The notes: generated by a model from the sequence alone, not told the origin. A stretch of 63,999 nucleotides of DNA, filler included, from Gonapodya sp. JEL0774 (GCA_027604505.1; 10 parts of 10 records of this genome joined end to end with filler, not necessarily neighbours in it); one strand, 5' to 3'. Shown: positions 37,297 to 50,074, numbered from the whole stretch's first letter. Translations and numbers: made by a program.

Positions 37297-39043
37297 TCAC
37301 GACCCCCGCAGCTGCTCCAACGCGACTCGCGCCTCCCACGTCCCCGCCAGCTCGTACATCTCAATCGCCTCGTTGATGTCCTTCGCTAATCCTCTAAGTC
37401 CCGTTTCGTACATCCGACCGAGACCCACTGCAGCGACCACGTCCCCCTCGTCTAGTGCCTCTGTGTACAAGCGCGCGGCAGTCCCTAGGTCCTGATCTAA
37501 TCCTCCTCGACCGTCCTCGTACATTGCAGCCAGTAAAGTCTTGGCCCCACACCGGAGATCTTTCAAGTAGTATTCCACTGCTTTTTGGTCGTCCTTTGCT
37601 CTTCCGCCCCACCCGCGCTCATGTAGAATTCCAAGGGCGAGGGTCAGTTCACCATTACCTGATTTTGTAAGAAGATTCTCTGCCCTCTCCACATCACGAT
37701 CACACCCACCGAGACCATGCTGGTGGAACAAGTATGTGAGATTGAACTGGGCCATCGCACTGCCTTGGTCCGCAGCTGCTGTGAAGAGTTTCTTGGCTTC
37801 ATGAATATCCCGCGATGTGCCGCGGCCGCTGACGTACATCCACCCGAGGTTGTTTTGCCCCATTGCATCACCCTGATCAGCGGCCCTTCTGTACCACTTC
37901 ACAGCCTCCGCCTCGTCCTTTTGCACGCCCTGCCTGTTGGTGTACATGAGTGCGAGATTGTGCTGGCCTGGTGCATCACCCTGGTCGGCGGCCCTCCTGT
38001 ACCACTTCACAACCTCCGCCTCGTCCTTCTGCACGCCCTCTCCATTCGCATACATGACACCAACGTTGTACTGGGCCAGTGTGTCACCCTGTTCTGCGGC
38101 CCTCCTGTACCACTTCACAGCCTCCACCTCATCCTTCTGCACACCCCACCCGTTCTGGTACATCAAACCAAGATTTGACTGGGCCGGTACGTGCCCCTGG
38201 TCGGCGGCCCTCCTGTACCACTTTACAGCCACCGCCTCATCCTTCTGCACACCCCTGCCCTGCTGATACATGAAACCAAGACCGACCTGCGCATCAGTGT
38301 CACCCTGGTCGGCGGCCCTCCTGTACCACTTCACAGCCTCCGCCTCGTCCTTCTGCACACCCCGCCCGTTGTCATACATGTTTCTGAGATTGAACTGGGC
38401 AAGTGCATTATCCTGGTCGGCAGCCCTTCTGTACCACTTCGCAGCCTCCACCTCATTCTTCTCCACACCCTTGCCGTTCTCGTACAAGAAGCCGAGATTG
38501 CACTGCGCCTTTGGATTACCCTGGTCGGCCTCCCTCCAGTACCACTTCACAGCCTCCACCTCGTCCTTCTGCACGCCCCATCCGTCTTCGTACATAATAC
38601 CAAGATTATACTCCGCCAGTGCATAACCCTGGTCGGCGGCCCTCCTGCACCACTTCACAGCCTCCGCCTCGTCCTTCTGCACAGTCAAACCAGTCTCGTA
38701 CATGAAACCAAGATATGACTGTGCCGGCGCATGTTCCTGGTCAGCAGCCCTCCTGTACCACTTCACAGCCTCCGTCTCGTCCTTCTGCACGCCCCGCCCA
38801 ATCGCGTACATAATGCCAAGGATGTACTGGGCTAGTGCGTGACCCTGTTCTGCGACGCTCATCCACCTCTTCACAGCCTCCATGTGGTCTTCTGCGTGAC
38901 CTTGACCGAAATAGAAGCAAGTACCCAGGTCAAACCGTGCCTGAAGGTTACCATTTTCAGCGGCACGTTGGCACCACTTGAACGCAGATTCGAGGTTCTT
39001 TGGAAGTATCCCAAGTCCATTCTTGTAGAAAAAGTAGAGTTTA
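37297..39043 (-). CDS. Sel1-like repeat (SLR) protein, intronless, 5'-truncated
   Basis: About 15 tandem 36-aa repeats of the form AQxNLGxMYxxGxGVQKDEAEAVKWYRRAADQG. The frame stays open upstream of 38883 to the contig end. Confidence 0.93.
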
Positions 39044-39143
39044 NNNNNNNNNNNNNNNNNNNNNNNNNNNNNNNNNNNNNNNNNNNNTTAATTAATTAAN
39101 NNNNNNNNNNNNNNNNNNNNNNNNNNNNNNNNNNNNNNNNNNN
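39044..39143. other. Artificial contig spacer
   Basis: N44-TTAATTAATTAA-N44. Confidence 0.99.
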
Positions 39144-40660
39144 GCTCAGATCTGAAGGAATTTTTGGAATTGGATGACTCCTGATTTTTTCCCCTTAAGT
39201 AGCAACGGATTTTCATGGTGCAACAAATGGAAGTCATCAAGGAAAACTTGTCAGATCCCTGCACCCATGCATGGGTAGATGCAATTGGATGAGAAGAGCT
39301 CAAATCTGAAGGAATTTTGGGAATTGGATGACTCCTGATTTTTTCCCCTTAAGTAGTAATGGATTTTCATGGTGTGCAAAGTGGAATACAAATATGCAAA
39401 CTTGCCATACACCTGCACTTTCTCACTGGCATATGAAGTNNNNNNNNNNNNNNNNNNNNNNNNNNNNNNNNNNNNNNNNNNNNNNNNNNNNNNNNNNNNN
39501 NNNNNNNNNNNNNNNNNNNNNNNNNNNNNNNNNNNNNCTGAAGTAATTTGTTGATTTGGAGCACTCCTGAGTTTCCCCTCAAGTAGTAACACATAACCCT
39601 AAGGCGCCAAAGGATGACAACCATGGAAACTTGCCAGATCCCTGCACCCATGCATGGGTAGATACAGTTGGATGAGTAGAGCACAAATCTGAATGAATTT
39701 TGGGAATTGGGTGACTCCTGATTTTTTCCCCTTAAGTAGTAACGGATTTTCATGGTGTGCAAAGTGGAATACAAATATGCAAACTTGCCATACACCTGCA
39801 CTTTTTCTCTGGCAGATGAAATGAGATATAAAGAGCTCAAATCTGAAGTAATTTGTTGATTTGGAGCACTCCTGAGTTTCCCCTCAAGTAGTAACACATA
39901 ACCCTAAGGCGCCAAAGGAAGACAACCATGGAAACTTACCAGATCCCTGCACCCATGCATGGGTAGATGCAGTTGGATGAGTTGAGCTCAAATCTGAAGG
40001 AATTTTGGGAATTGGATGACTCCTGATTTTTTCCCCTTAAGTAGTAACGGTTTTTCATGGTGTACCAAGTGGAATACAAATATGCAAACTTGCCATACAC
40101 CTGCACTTTTTCACTGGCAGATGAAATGAGATATCAAGAGCTCAAATCTGAAGTAATTTGTTGATTTCAAGTACTCCTGAATTTCCCCTCAAGTAGCAAC
40201 ACATAACCCTAAGGCGCCAAAGGAAGACAACCATGGAAACTTGCCAAATTGGTGCAGCCCTGCATGGGTAGATGCAGTTGAATGAGAAGAGCTCAGATCT
40301 GAAGGAAGGTTGTGCATTGGATTACTCTTTATTTTTTCCCTGAAAGTAGTTACGAATTATAGTAGTGCACCAAGTGGAAGACAACTGCGGAATCTTTGGG
40401 GATCCTGGCACCCTGGCATCAGTAGATGCAGAAGAATATGTTGAGCTCAAATCCAAAGGAATTTTATGAATTGGAACAGTCCTCACTCTTTCCCCATAAG
40501 TAGTAACTGATAGGGTTAAGGCATTAAATGGAAGACTGCCATATGGCAAATTGTGAGATTCTTACACACATCTGATTGTAAATGCAGTAGGACGTAGAGA
40601 GCTTATGTTTGAAGGAAATTTTGCAATTGGGGTACTCAGGCTTATGGCCTTAAGTAGGAA
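39144..40660. repeat. Satellite with alternating 154/151-bp monomers (305-bp higher-order unit), decaying rightwards; internal N gap 39440-39537
   Basis: The anchor GCTCAAATCTGAAG or a variant occurs at 39144, 39298, 39681, 39835, 39986, 40140, 40291, 40445 and about 40601. Confidence 0.93.
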
Positions 40661-41019
40661 CCACATATAAGTAACACCTAAGCAGACTGCTGCTTGCAAT
40701 TGGTGTTATAGACAGGCTTTTTTGGATTTGGGGGTTTTTAAAAGTGTAAGAAGTGATTGAGCTGTTGAATATGGAAGACATGATGTAATGTTGAGTGAAA
40801 AGATTCCAGATAATATGTACTTGATTTTAGAGTGTCGTAATGATATCAGAGGGATACAACACTTCAAATCAATTTTTTGTCTGAATCAAAAAGCTATTGT
40901 TCATGTTAAATGGGAATGGGTTTTGATTTATGACTGAATGTGTAGTGGCAAAAGTTCAGGTCTAACTTGTTCACTGGCAGGCTGCAAAATCTACCAGACA
41001 CCCAGTAGTCTACCAATCA

Positions 41020-43300
41020 AAGGGGGATTTTTAGGGTATTATAATAATATTATAGACTAACAGCAGAAAAGGTTTCATATCATTTGGACATGTTTGTGCA
41101 TTTTTGGGGATGTGGCTGTGCTTCAATTACGACACCACCACAAAATGTGGTGTCACAAAGGGTGAGGTGCACCTTCACATATAAGCAGCCAGATTTTCCC
41201 CACTACCAAGGTCATTTTCTGTATCCAGCGAACAAAGACAAGTTCCTTTCAATTCCAGGTAACTTATTCATCTTCAAATTTTCTCACCCTTATCTCGGTT
41301 GACCTCCCCTCATTTTGGTCGTAGCCAATGTCTTCTTGCAGTACTTTTGATAGAGCTTGGCAGGTTGATGAAGGTGAGTTTTTGGGTGGGGTTTTCCAGA
41401 ATAGTACCTGGCTCTTACTTCATTTCAATTCATGCAGACGGTATGGAAGTTCAGGTGCAACCACATGATGTTTGGTGCATTCTCAATCTTTGGGATGCCT
41501 GTCAACTCTCAAGATATGGCCCTTGCCTGCATTTCCTCATCTGGGAAAGAAGATGAATGTTCTATCACAACCACCATTCAAGCGTCAACACAGCCACTGA
41601 AACCCTTCAAGAGTGTGGAGGTAAAGACCTTTGAAGACTTTCAAAAGGAGAGAAGAATTATGAATGGGCAGAAGCAGAGGGATAAGAGGAGAAACAAGCG
41701 TTGGAAGTTGGGCAAGGTAAGCTCATGTTTAAGGGATGCGAAGTCGCTCGTCTAACATATATGACCTCTTAGCAAAAAACAGAAGATAGGAAGGAATCAA
41801 AAGAGTTTGAAAACAGGGGAGAGCAGGCAGTAGTGGAGTATCGGGATTCCAGGGCAAGGGAACTTTATTATGGCAGGCTTGGAAAAATCATTGGTGAGGT
41901 GATAACGGAGTGGATGGAAAAGGGTGCATTGCTCAGGGTGAGTGTCCATTCAATATTTCAGTTATTGTATGGTCATTATTTATTCTTTGGACAGGGATTT
42001 GAGGACGACCATTACAGGCGTCAGGCTACATCCAGGATTGTTAGAAGAATGGTCAACGAGAGTGAACTTCCAGAAGGTTTTATCCGAGGCAAGGTTAAGA
42101 ATTGGCTGGACAAGCTTGGATATTTTTCTAGTAATTAGACCATAAACTATGTCTTGTTAAGAGAGTACTGTAAAGATATGGGCAAGAAAGACTTATTTGA
42201 GCATGAGGAATCACTTAGTGATGTTGGGTTCAGTTTTTTTCTGAAACCAAAAAAGCCTTGCAATCTCCCCTGCACAGACATACTTATCCTATTGTGAGCC
42301 ATTCACATTTTAATACGTTAGAGCTTGGGAGGTCTCCTGATTTTTTGATTCAAAGAACTTAGGGTCAAATCAGGTGCTCGCACCTATGGATCTCATCATA
42401 ACTGCTCTGATGACTGCTCCCCTGAGCACATTTATGGATTTAAGTGTGAGGAATTCACATCTGCAGTTTGTTTGAGTGGGTTACGCGCCCTCATTTTGTG
42501 ACTCTGAATACTGACAAATGGACACAGATCCCTATTGATCACCATGGTTATTACTTTGCTCACTCCTCCCATTTGCATACATATGTTGTTTAGTGTGGGA
42601 AATTCAGATTAGCTATTTGTTTGGGTGTAGGAGGGTTCTTGATTTGGTGTTTTCAAGTAATTACTGCCCAAACCAAGTTAACACTGAAATATGCCATGGT
42701 AATTGCTCAGATAACTGATCCCCTATGCACAAAAGTGTATTTGGGTGTGAGGAAGTTAGATGTTTGGTTGGATTGGCTGTGGGAGGTTCCTTGGTTTTCT
42801 GACATTATGTAGTAACTGATATTCAGGAGCCAATCTGAGATTCAATACTGCAAGGGTTTGCAATGCCCCCATATTATAGGATTTTTTTCTTTTGATGAAA
42901 AATGTACCTGGTTGGTTACAATGGAAGGGGATGGTGGACAGGGCATGCTTGGGTGGTAGGAAAGGTTAAGTGTTGATATGCTCAATCACACAGTCCAAGG
43001 CCTGCCACACTCTCAATATTGTAGCAATCCATGGGGGATTTTGGGTTATTGATAATTACATGTAGGTCAATCAGTCTACTAGATTTTATGAGATTTGCAC
43101 AGGTTTGTGGATTTTTGGGGTGTGTGGCTGTGCCTCCATTATGACACAACCACAAAATGTGGTGTCATAAAGGTTGCCCCTCTACATAAAAGCAGCCACA
43201 TTTTCCCCACTCCCAAGACTATTTTCTCCATCCTTCTGACAAAATACAAGTCCAATTGCAGGGGCCTAGGTAAATTCTTCATCTCCAATCTTTCTGAAAC
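41020..43300 (+). repeat. Diverged direct repeat pair (about 41020-41290 and 43030-43300) with a conserved hairpin
   Basis: Shared GGGGGATTTT...TGTGGCTGTGC...GACAC[CA]ACCACAAAATGTGGTGTCA...AAGCAGCCA...TTCATCT. Confidence 0.75.
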
Positions 43301-44019
43301 TTTCAGCTCTGCATTTTCAGTGACTTTTAAGAGACTCACTCTGTTTTTCTTCTCCTTTCCCATGAGGTCATCTCTCTAAAGCAATTTGGGTGAGTAATAA
43401 TATAATGTGACCCTGCGTCTTATTTCTGGATGTAACAGGCTTGATTTCCCTTGCAGGTTGACTTTATCTCTTAGTGAGTGACTCTATTCTTGGATGGCCT
43501 TTTCAATGTGGACCATGAACTTGGTTAGCTTGATCTGGGACCATTTTCTGTCTTCTCTTCTCTTCTTTTTCTGTCAATGACTGGGTGGACGGGTTGTTTT
43601 GGGTTGATTCATCATTCACCCATCATTGTCTTTGTACCACTATCAGACTAGTGATCTACTTGAACATGGAGGAACCTGTAGCTGGACATGCAGCAAGGCC
43701 TCCAAGTAAGCATCACAGGTTCTTTGGGTTAGATTCCACTGGGACAAACTAAGAGCTTAACACCAATAACACTGACTACCCTTTTCTTCCAATTAACAAT
43801 CCCAATTAATTCATATAACCCTTTGCCAAGTATACACTTTTGAGGACCCCACTGACATGGTTGCTCATCCTGATTTTAGATTGGCACCCATAGATATCGA
43901 CCTGTTGGGGTTTACCTTGGACTTACAGGATCCACGAAGCGAGAGACATCCTCTTATTGGACTCAATGTGAGACTCAACCTAAATTGATTATTACAACAA
44001 TCATTTTGAAATAGTCAGA

Positions 44020-45458
44020 TATGATCTCAGGTTCAGTACTGCAACAGTAGCAGGCGTGTTAGGGACCTGCCACAGTTCACAACTTATTTACAGATTTGTG
44101 TGGTAATGTTTCACATTGGTATTGTTTAGCCCACTGAGACAAGCTTTAATAGGTGTACATTCCCACAACACACAGGCGGGGGGATTTCTGGTCTCAGCAC
44201 CACACAAAGTCCCTGGTGGAGGTAAAACACGAGAAGCACTCTTGAGAGAGCTTAGAAGAGACGAAGTTGTGTTGGATGGCGGTGAAGATGAACATGAGTT
44301 GATATTCCAGACAGGGGCCGGAACAGGCTCCTGGGAAACATTGCGAAAATGCTTATTGGCTGTTGGAATTGATGATGTATGCTATTCTTTGAAAATTTGC
44401 TTGGAATTTGCAGATGATCACTGAAAGGTTCTATTTTTACAAAACTGGACAGGTCCGTTTCTTTTGCTACAATCAAAAGGACTTGAATTTTTGGGAAGGC
44501 TACAGAAGTGATCCCCTTCTGCAAAAGGATGCCATCATTGATCTTGGCGTAAACTTTGGTATCTGCCCGGCCAGTGAGAGACCACAAACTGTTGAAACTC
44601 AATGCTTTTTAATAACAAGTATTTCAAATTAGATGAAGCTTATGTGTGCACCTTCAAACGTCAGAGTGACATACCTGCAAATATGCACTTCCGTGAAACC
44701 AACTTCTGTCCCTTATATGGTATGGAAGGGAATGGATATGGCACCATTGAGTTTGAATACCAACACAACAATAATGGTTCTGTGTACCACCTGCTTGTAG
44801 ATTGTTATAATGGGTCCATGCGACATGAGATCCAGGCGAGTTTGGGGAGAAACAGTAGGACAAGCCCCTTCCAGTGGAGACCAAATTCCCAACAACGTGA
44901 GTGTTTTTTCTTTCAGATTGTCTGGTAATGAATGAACTAAGTTCCTTTCAGAGGCAAGGAACTCTTTTACTGGGATGGTTGCACTCTACAATAAGTTGTC
45001 TGAGAAGGATCGAAGGCGTTTTGGAGGTGGCAGGATGGAGGTCCGCTTTCTCATAGGCCAAACAGTGTGAGTGTTTGGAAACTCTTTTCAACATCTGGAA
45101 AGTCACACAATGCTCCTGTGGATCACAGTCCAACCATAGCAGAGCCTACAGAGTCATGGAAACAATTCTTATTGAGGACCTTCCTATAGAGATTAGGTGT
45201 ATTCCTGTCAGTAGAATTTTTAGGAAGCTGGAGAGGCTGCTTTGGATTGCAAGCAACCACAGCATCTTTACAAGTGGTACTGGAGATCTTCCACAAACAG
45301 CTCTGCAGAACAGAGTCAGGGCAGATATTATCAATGCCTTCGGTGTTAGTGATCAACAGCGGAAAATCTATGATGCTCGGCATCTCACAACCCCAGGTAA
45401 TGGACAACCATGGTGGGAAGGGCCAGTAGTGGACTACCATACTACTAGGGGTGCGTGA
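44020..45458 (+). pseudogene. Unknown multi-exon gene or degenerate coding relic in the CpG-depleted contig
   Basis: A chain of plus-strand ORFs with some GT-AG junctions and an in-frame TAG near 45055. No family recognised. Confidence 0.3.
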
Positions 45459-45550
45459 CTGTGATACTCTGTTTTGACCCCCTCCAAACTGCCTCAAACA
45501 CTCCCAACCCACTCCCAATATGTAGTAGAATGTTTTTTGTGAGGGGGCAA

Positions 45551-45650
45551 NNNNNNNNNNNNNNNNNNNNNNNNNNNNNNNNNNNNNNNNNNNNTTAATT
45601 AATTAANNNNNNNNNNNNNNNNNNNNNNNNNNNNNNNNNNNNNNNNNNNN
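45551..45650. other. Artificial contig spacer
   Basis: N44-TTAATTAATTAA-N44. Confidence 0.99.
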
Positions 45651-46535
45651 TTCCCCTCCATCACACACACCTTCTCTCGTTCCCATTCCCTATCCTTCCG
45701 AATCACATCCTTCATCTCTTCCACAACGCGTCGAAGGCCTCGCTGGCGAGCGTGAAGGAGCGCAACATGTTGTGTGAGAAGAAGCACCGAAGGTTGACTG
45801 TCGGAAGGGATAGGAAGAGCTTCCACAATCACAGGTGCAACCGGTGAAGGAGTTGTGGGGGGGAGAAGAGGGAGAGTGGGTAAATCGGAGCTGCTATTGG
45901 GAATAGCGCTGGGGGAGTGCGAAGAGGCTTCCGGTGAAACGGTATCTGACGGTCAGAGAGGTAATATGAGAGAGAGAGGGCGGACAAGCGCAAAGGAAGA
46001 CCGAGCGATGGGCGGTTTTCCTTTCACAACCCAGCAGAAGAGGAAACGGGGGAGGGCTCGCTCCAAGCACAATTTATTCCAAAGAGACTTTGAACGGTCT
46101 CCATTACTCACAACTCTCGCATGACCAATAGTGGAGTTGTGTGTTCACGCATATGTGAAACGAACCTGCTTTTGTTCGCTTTGGCTCCCCACAGAGTGAC
46201 TCCTCGCTCCGCAAACGCTTCCTGTTTTGGCGCATGGCATCTTGTCCACTCATATCTGACTTGGTCCGAACTTCCGACTCTCGAGACTTCACCCGCCCAA
46301 AGCCAGGAATGAATCGTCGAGCACTACTCTCACGCCTCAGTGCATCTGATGTTACAGGCTTCTTCTGAATTTCTCGTGCGCGATGAATTTTGGGCGGTGA
46401 TGGCGGAGGCGGCACAATGACGAGTGGCGAAGATGGCGGACGTGGAGTGACAGGCGTGCCATCGGTCGGACCCGGCGTCACCGATCGAGGCGGCCGTGGA
46501 CCCAGGAAGTGGTCGAAGCCAGTTGCGGTCGTCAT
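45651..46535 (-). CDS. Hypothetical Pro-rich / coiled-coil protein, 3'-truncated
   Basis: ORF beginning MTTATGFDHFLGPRPP..., with a downstream helical segment LHARQRGLRRVVEEMKDVIRKDREWERE. Confidence 0.35.
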
Positions 46536-46668
46536 CGTTGACCTAAATTTATTTCGTATGCGAAGAGAAACGTGCACGTTCGTGCCATTTACCTTGTGAA
46601 TCGACAATCCTCTGTCCAGAACATTGCATCGCCAAATCGACCCGCAGACAATTCCGTTTTGCAATATT

Positions 46669-47779
46669 ATGGCTCGTTCTTCAAAGCTCTCGGGAATTCC
46701 TCTGGAAGCGATCCACACCGTCTGTTTCTTCCTACACGTGATTCGTATTCTCCGCCTTGCTGCAACATGTCGCTCCCTTCGCCAAATCACTAGCATTCCC
46801 GCTTTTTGGGAGCGATTGGATTTTGACGGTACCGCCAGTCGTCTCCGGGATGGTGACTTTGAGGAGTTCCTCTTACGAATTGCAGGATGGATCGCCCTGT
46901 CACTTCACGCCCCCGAGAAGCTGGCGTGGGCCTAGTTGATCTCAAGGCTTCGAGAGATAGCTATTGGCGGAACGGGTATTACCACTTGAACAGCAGTAAA
47001 GCTATTACAATATCCGGGGATCCGACGTCTCTCTGAACGATTGCTTGGGAGTCAACGCGGAAGCTCTGCTCACCATGCTGGAGTCCCGAAAATCGTCACT
47101 TTCTCACTCATATCAGCATACACAATCCGATGGTCTCAGTGTGTCGGAGCTGCGATATTGGATCTCCGGGGACTCCATTATCGACGATACCACGACGGTC
47201 GAGTCACAGCCATGAGGCTCGCAGAGATCATCCACACCTCGTTCCCACGAGTCACATACATTCGCCCTGGTCCTTGCGTATCCTGTAAATCCGGAGTTGT
47301 TGCTTTGGACGACAAATATATCCATCGAAACAACCACTACTCCCCAGCTCCTCACGATTATACGCACTGTGTCCGTTGTTACGTTCGCTCGCGCTGCGTT
47401 TACTGCCAGCACTTTTTTGAGGCAGCGAAATTGCTTAACCGTTGGGCTCCGCTCGCGGAGTATACCTGCTCTTTTTGCCGTGATTGTTACTCTGTGTGCC
47501 CATCCTGCGCAGACAAAGTCGTACAGTGCGGCATATCCAACTGCCACAAAAAAATGTGCACAAACTGTGCTCAGATCCAATATGCACTCTTGCCCTGATT
47601 GCGATGAGCCATTGTTCCCTTCATGTGAGATTGGTGGTGGCGGGAAGGTCATGCACGATTGCGCACCGTCGGAGGAGTCTTACTTAACCGAGGATGTCAT
47701 GTCGGACGACTCATGGCCACTCGGTGAAGATTTGGGGGACTCTGAGCCTGAAGAAGGTGATGATTGGGACGACATGTAA
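46669..47779 (+). pseudogene. Disrupted paralog of the neighbouring Cys-rich F-box gene
   Basis: Aligns to 48159-49406 (LEAI..LRLAATCRSLR..WERLDF, TAVKLLQYP, WAPL, YSVCPSC, WDDM). It has TAG at about 46933, TGA at about 46987, and frameshifts near 47035 and 47580. Confidence 0.85.
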
Positions 47780-48158
47780 CGGACATTCGGTGACTCTAGA
47801 GAGAGACTTGAAAGCGTATCGCCAGATCTGCAGGCGAGCGAAATAGCTCGCGTTTGATCACGTAGCTCTTTCTGCGATTTGGAACCCGAACTCAGGATCA
47901 GGTCTTGCTTCGTTGCTGACATTATACGTCCAAAAGTCAGTACTGTCATATTTACATATATTCTTAACAGTAATAATACCACTCTGGTACACTCACTGTT
48001 CCTTGCTCAAAACTCCCGAGAATCGGACAGTCAAATGCGAAGAGAAACTTGTACCCTGCACGGGGCTGGGATGTCCCATCCAGCATTTCGAAAATCCAGT
48101 CCTACGTCTCATCACCAATCCGTCTTAGGTCGCAAGGCAATCTCTCTGTCCCCGAATC

Positions 48159-49406
48159 ATGGCGGCCTGTTCCTTCATCTCCGAAATGCCCCTGGAAGCT
48201 CTCCAATCCGTCGGCTCCTTTCTCCCACTCATCCCAATCCTCCGCCTCGGAGCAACATGTCACTCCCTTCGCCGAATTCTGAGCATTCCCGCTATCTGGG
48301 AGCGATTGGACTTTTCGGGTGTCGGCTCTCGTCTCCAGGATGATCAATATCACGACCTACTTTGGCAAATCGCTCGGTGGATTGCTCCGTCCCTGGCCAC
48401 CTCAGTGACGCTCGCATGGGCCCGGTTGACGTCAAGACTTCGAGACGTAGTTATTGACGGAACAGACATTACTATTTGGACAGCCGTAAAGCTTCTACAG
48501 TATCCAGCGATCACCCGTCTATCGATGAACAAATGCTACAAAGTCGATATGGAAGCTCTGCTCCGAATGCTGGAGTCTCGAAAATACTCCAATTCTCGAT
48601 CGGAGCAGGAGCAAACCAACGAGTGCGGTGTGCCTGAGCTCCGATATCTCGATCTCCGGCAAGCACTGGGGAGAGGGTACGGAGCACTCTTTGGAGTCAG
48701 GAAGATTGCGGACATTTGTATCAAAGCGTTCCCACAACTCAAATGCATTCGACCTGCAGCTTGCAGTTCCTGCAAAGAAAGACCCATTCTCTCGGATATC
48801 AGATTGTTCACCCGACACCTGAGAGTCTCAGATTCCCCATCTCCACAAGACGACACCCTCTGTCTTGAATGTCACGTTCGATCGCACTGCTTTCATTGCG
48901 AGCAATATTTTGTGGACGCTCAAAGTTGTAATGGTTGGGCTCCACTCGTGACGCAAAACTGCTCCTCGTGTGGTACCTGGTATTCTGTTTGCCCTTCTTG
49001 CCTTGGCAAAGAGCCACTTTGCGCAGCAGAAAACTGTTTTGCGACATTATGCAAGAAATGTCACCAGAATGGAAAATTCTGTGTCTGCGCTAAATGTGGA
49101 TTTGGCCCGGCATGTGATGACCATGTCATGTATGGAAGGAACTGTGAAGTTGCGAAAGCAAACGACAATGCAACTTGTCGTCCATTTTGCGAGCCTTGTC
49201 GTGAATCAATGCGCTGCTGTGGTGATTGTGAGGAGCCCCTGTGTCCAGAGTGCGAGATTGACAGTGACGGTGAAGACATACACGAGTGCCCGCCTTCGGA
49301 TCAGGACTCATTTGACGAGGATGACATATCGGGGGAGTCATGGGCGAACAGTGATGATTTTGCGGACTCTGGTCCAGAAGATGACTTTGGATGGGATGAC
49401 ATATAG
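48159..49406 (+). CDS. F-box protein with LRR-like middle, multi-CxxC Cys-rich C-terminal domain and acidic tail
   Basis: N-terminal F-box-like ISEMPLEALQSVGSFLPLIPILRLGATCHSLRRI..IWERLDFS, more than ten CxxC-type pairs, and the terminus DDFGWDDI. Confidence 0.75.
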   Translation: MAACSFISEMPLEALQSVGSFLPLIPILRLGATCHSLRRILSIPAIWERLDFSGVGSRLQDDQYHDLLWQIARWIAPSLATSVTLAWARLTSRLRDVVIDGTDITIWTAVKLLQYPAITRLSMNKCYKVDMEALLRMLESRKYSNSRSEQEQTNECGVPELRYLDLRQALGRGYGALFGVRKIADICIKAFPQLKCIRPAACSSCKERPILSDIRLFTRHLRVSDSPSPQDDTLCLECHVRSHCFHCEQYFVDAQSCNGWAPLVTQNCSSCGTWYSVCPSCLGKEPLCAAENCFATLCKKCHQNGKFCVCAKCGFGPACDDHVMYGRNCEVAKANDNATCRPFCEPCRESMRCCGDCEEPLCPECEIDSDGEDIHECPPSDQDSFDEDDISGESWANSDDFADSGPEDDFGWDDI

Positions 49407-50074
49407 TGAGCGGTGGGTACTAGATATTGGTGAATGGCGGCACAATTGTAAGGGCAGGAATGTGGCTGGCACAGTCGACTCAAATTGTACAAAGTCAACA
49501 CAAACAATCGGTGATAGTTATATTACATGTTGGCACTTCACAGTGTTTGTATTAACCCTCGACTGAGACTTCATCAATCCCTGACTTTCCTTCGGCAATA
49601 AGAAACCCACAACTCGTACGAGCATGCTCCTTACCTGTTAGTTTATTCACAACGCACGAGCATATGCATCAATCCCACCTCCCTCTGTTTGTTTTTGAGC
49701 ACTACTCTTGCTAGGGCTACAGCAACATCCAGGATAACGTACTACACCGAAAATACCAGCACCAACTCGCGGCAGGGATCCCCAAAGGTTGAGTGAAACT
49801 CGCGAAGACAAAACAGTGGTTTCTGACAGGGACGCGGCAACTTGAGAGTGGAGAATGCTGTGCAGCTGTCTGATCCCGTGATCGGCAGTTTGGGGTCCCA
49901 ACCACAGCAGTTGGCCCTCCCGAGCATCCAGGGACCTATCTTTTTGTACATCTCTCAAACAAATTGAGGGACTCCATTTTATCTATATTCTCCTCATTCA
50001 AATACTTCAGAGCATAAATAACCATCGCTTCCCTAAGAACACCGAACGGTCCTGAGCACTCCCCAGAAGTCTGT

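Noticed and set aside
41131..41154. Helitron 3' hairpin
   Set aside because: There is no CTRR terminus at the expected distance on either strand, and no Rep/helicase is visible.
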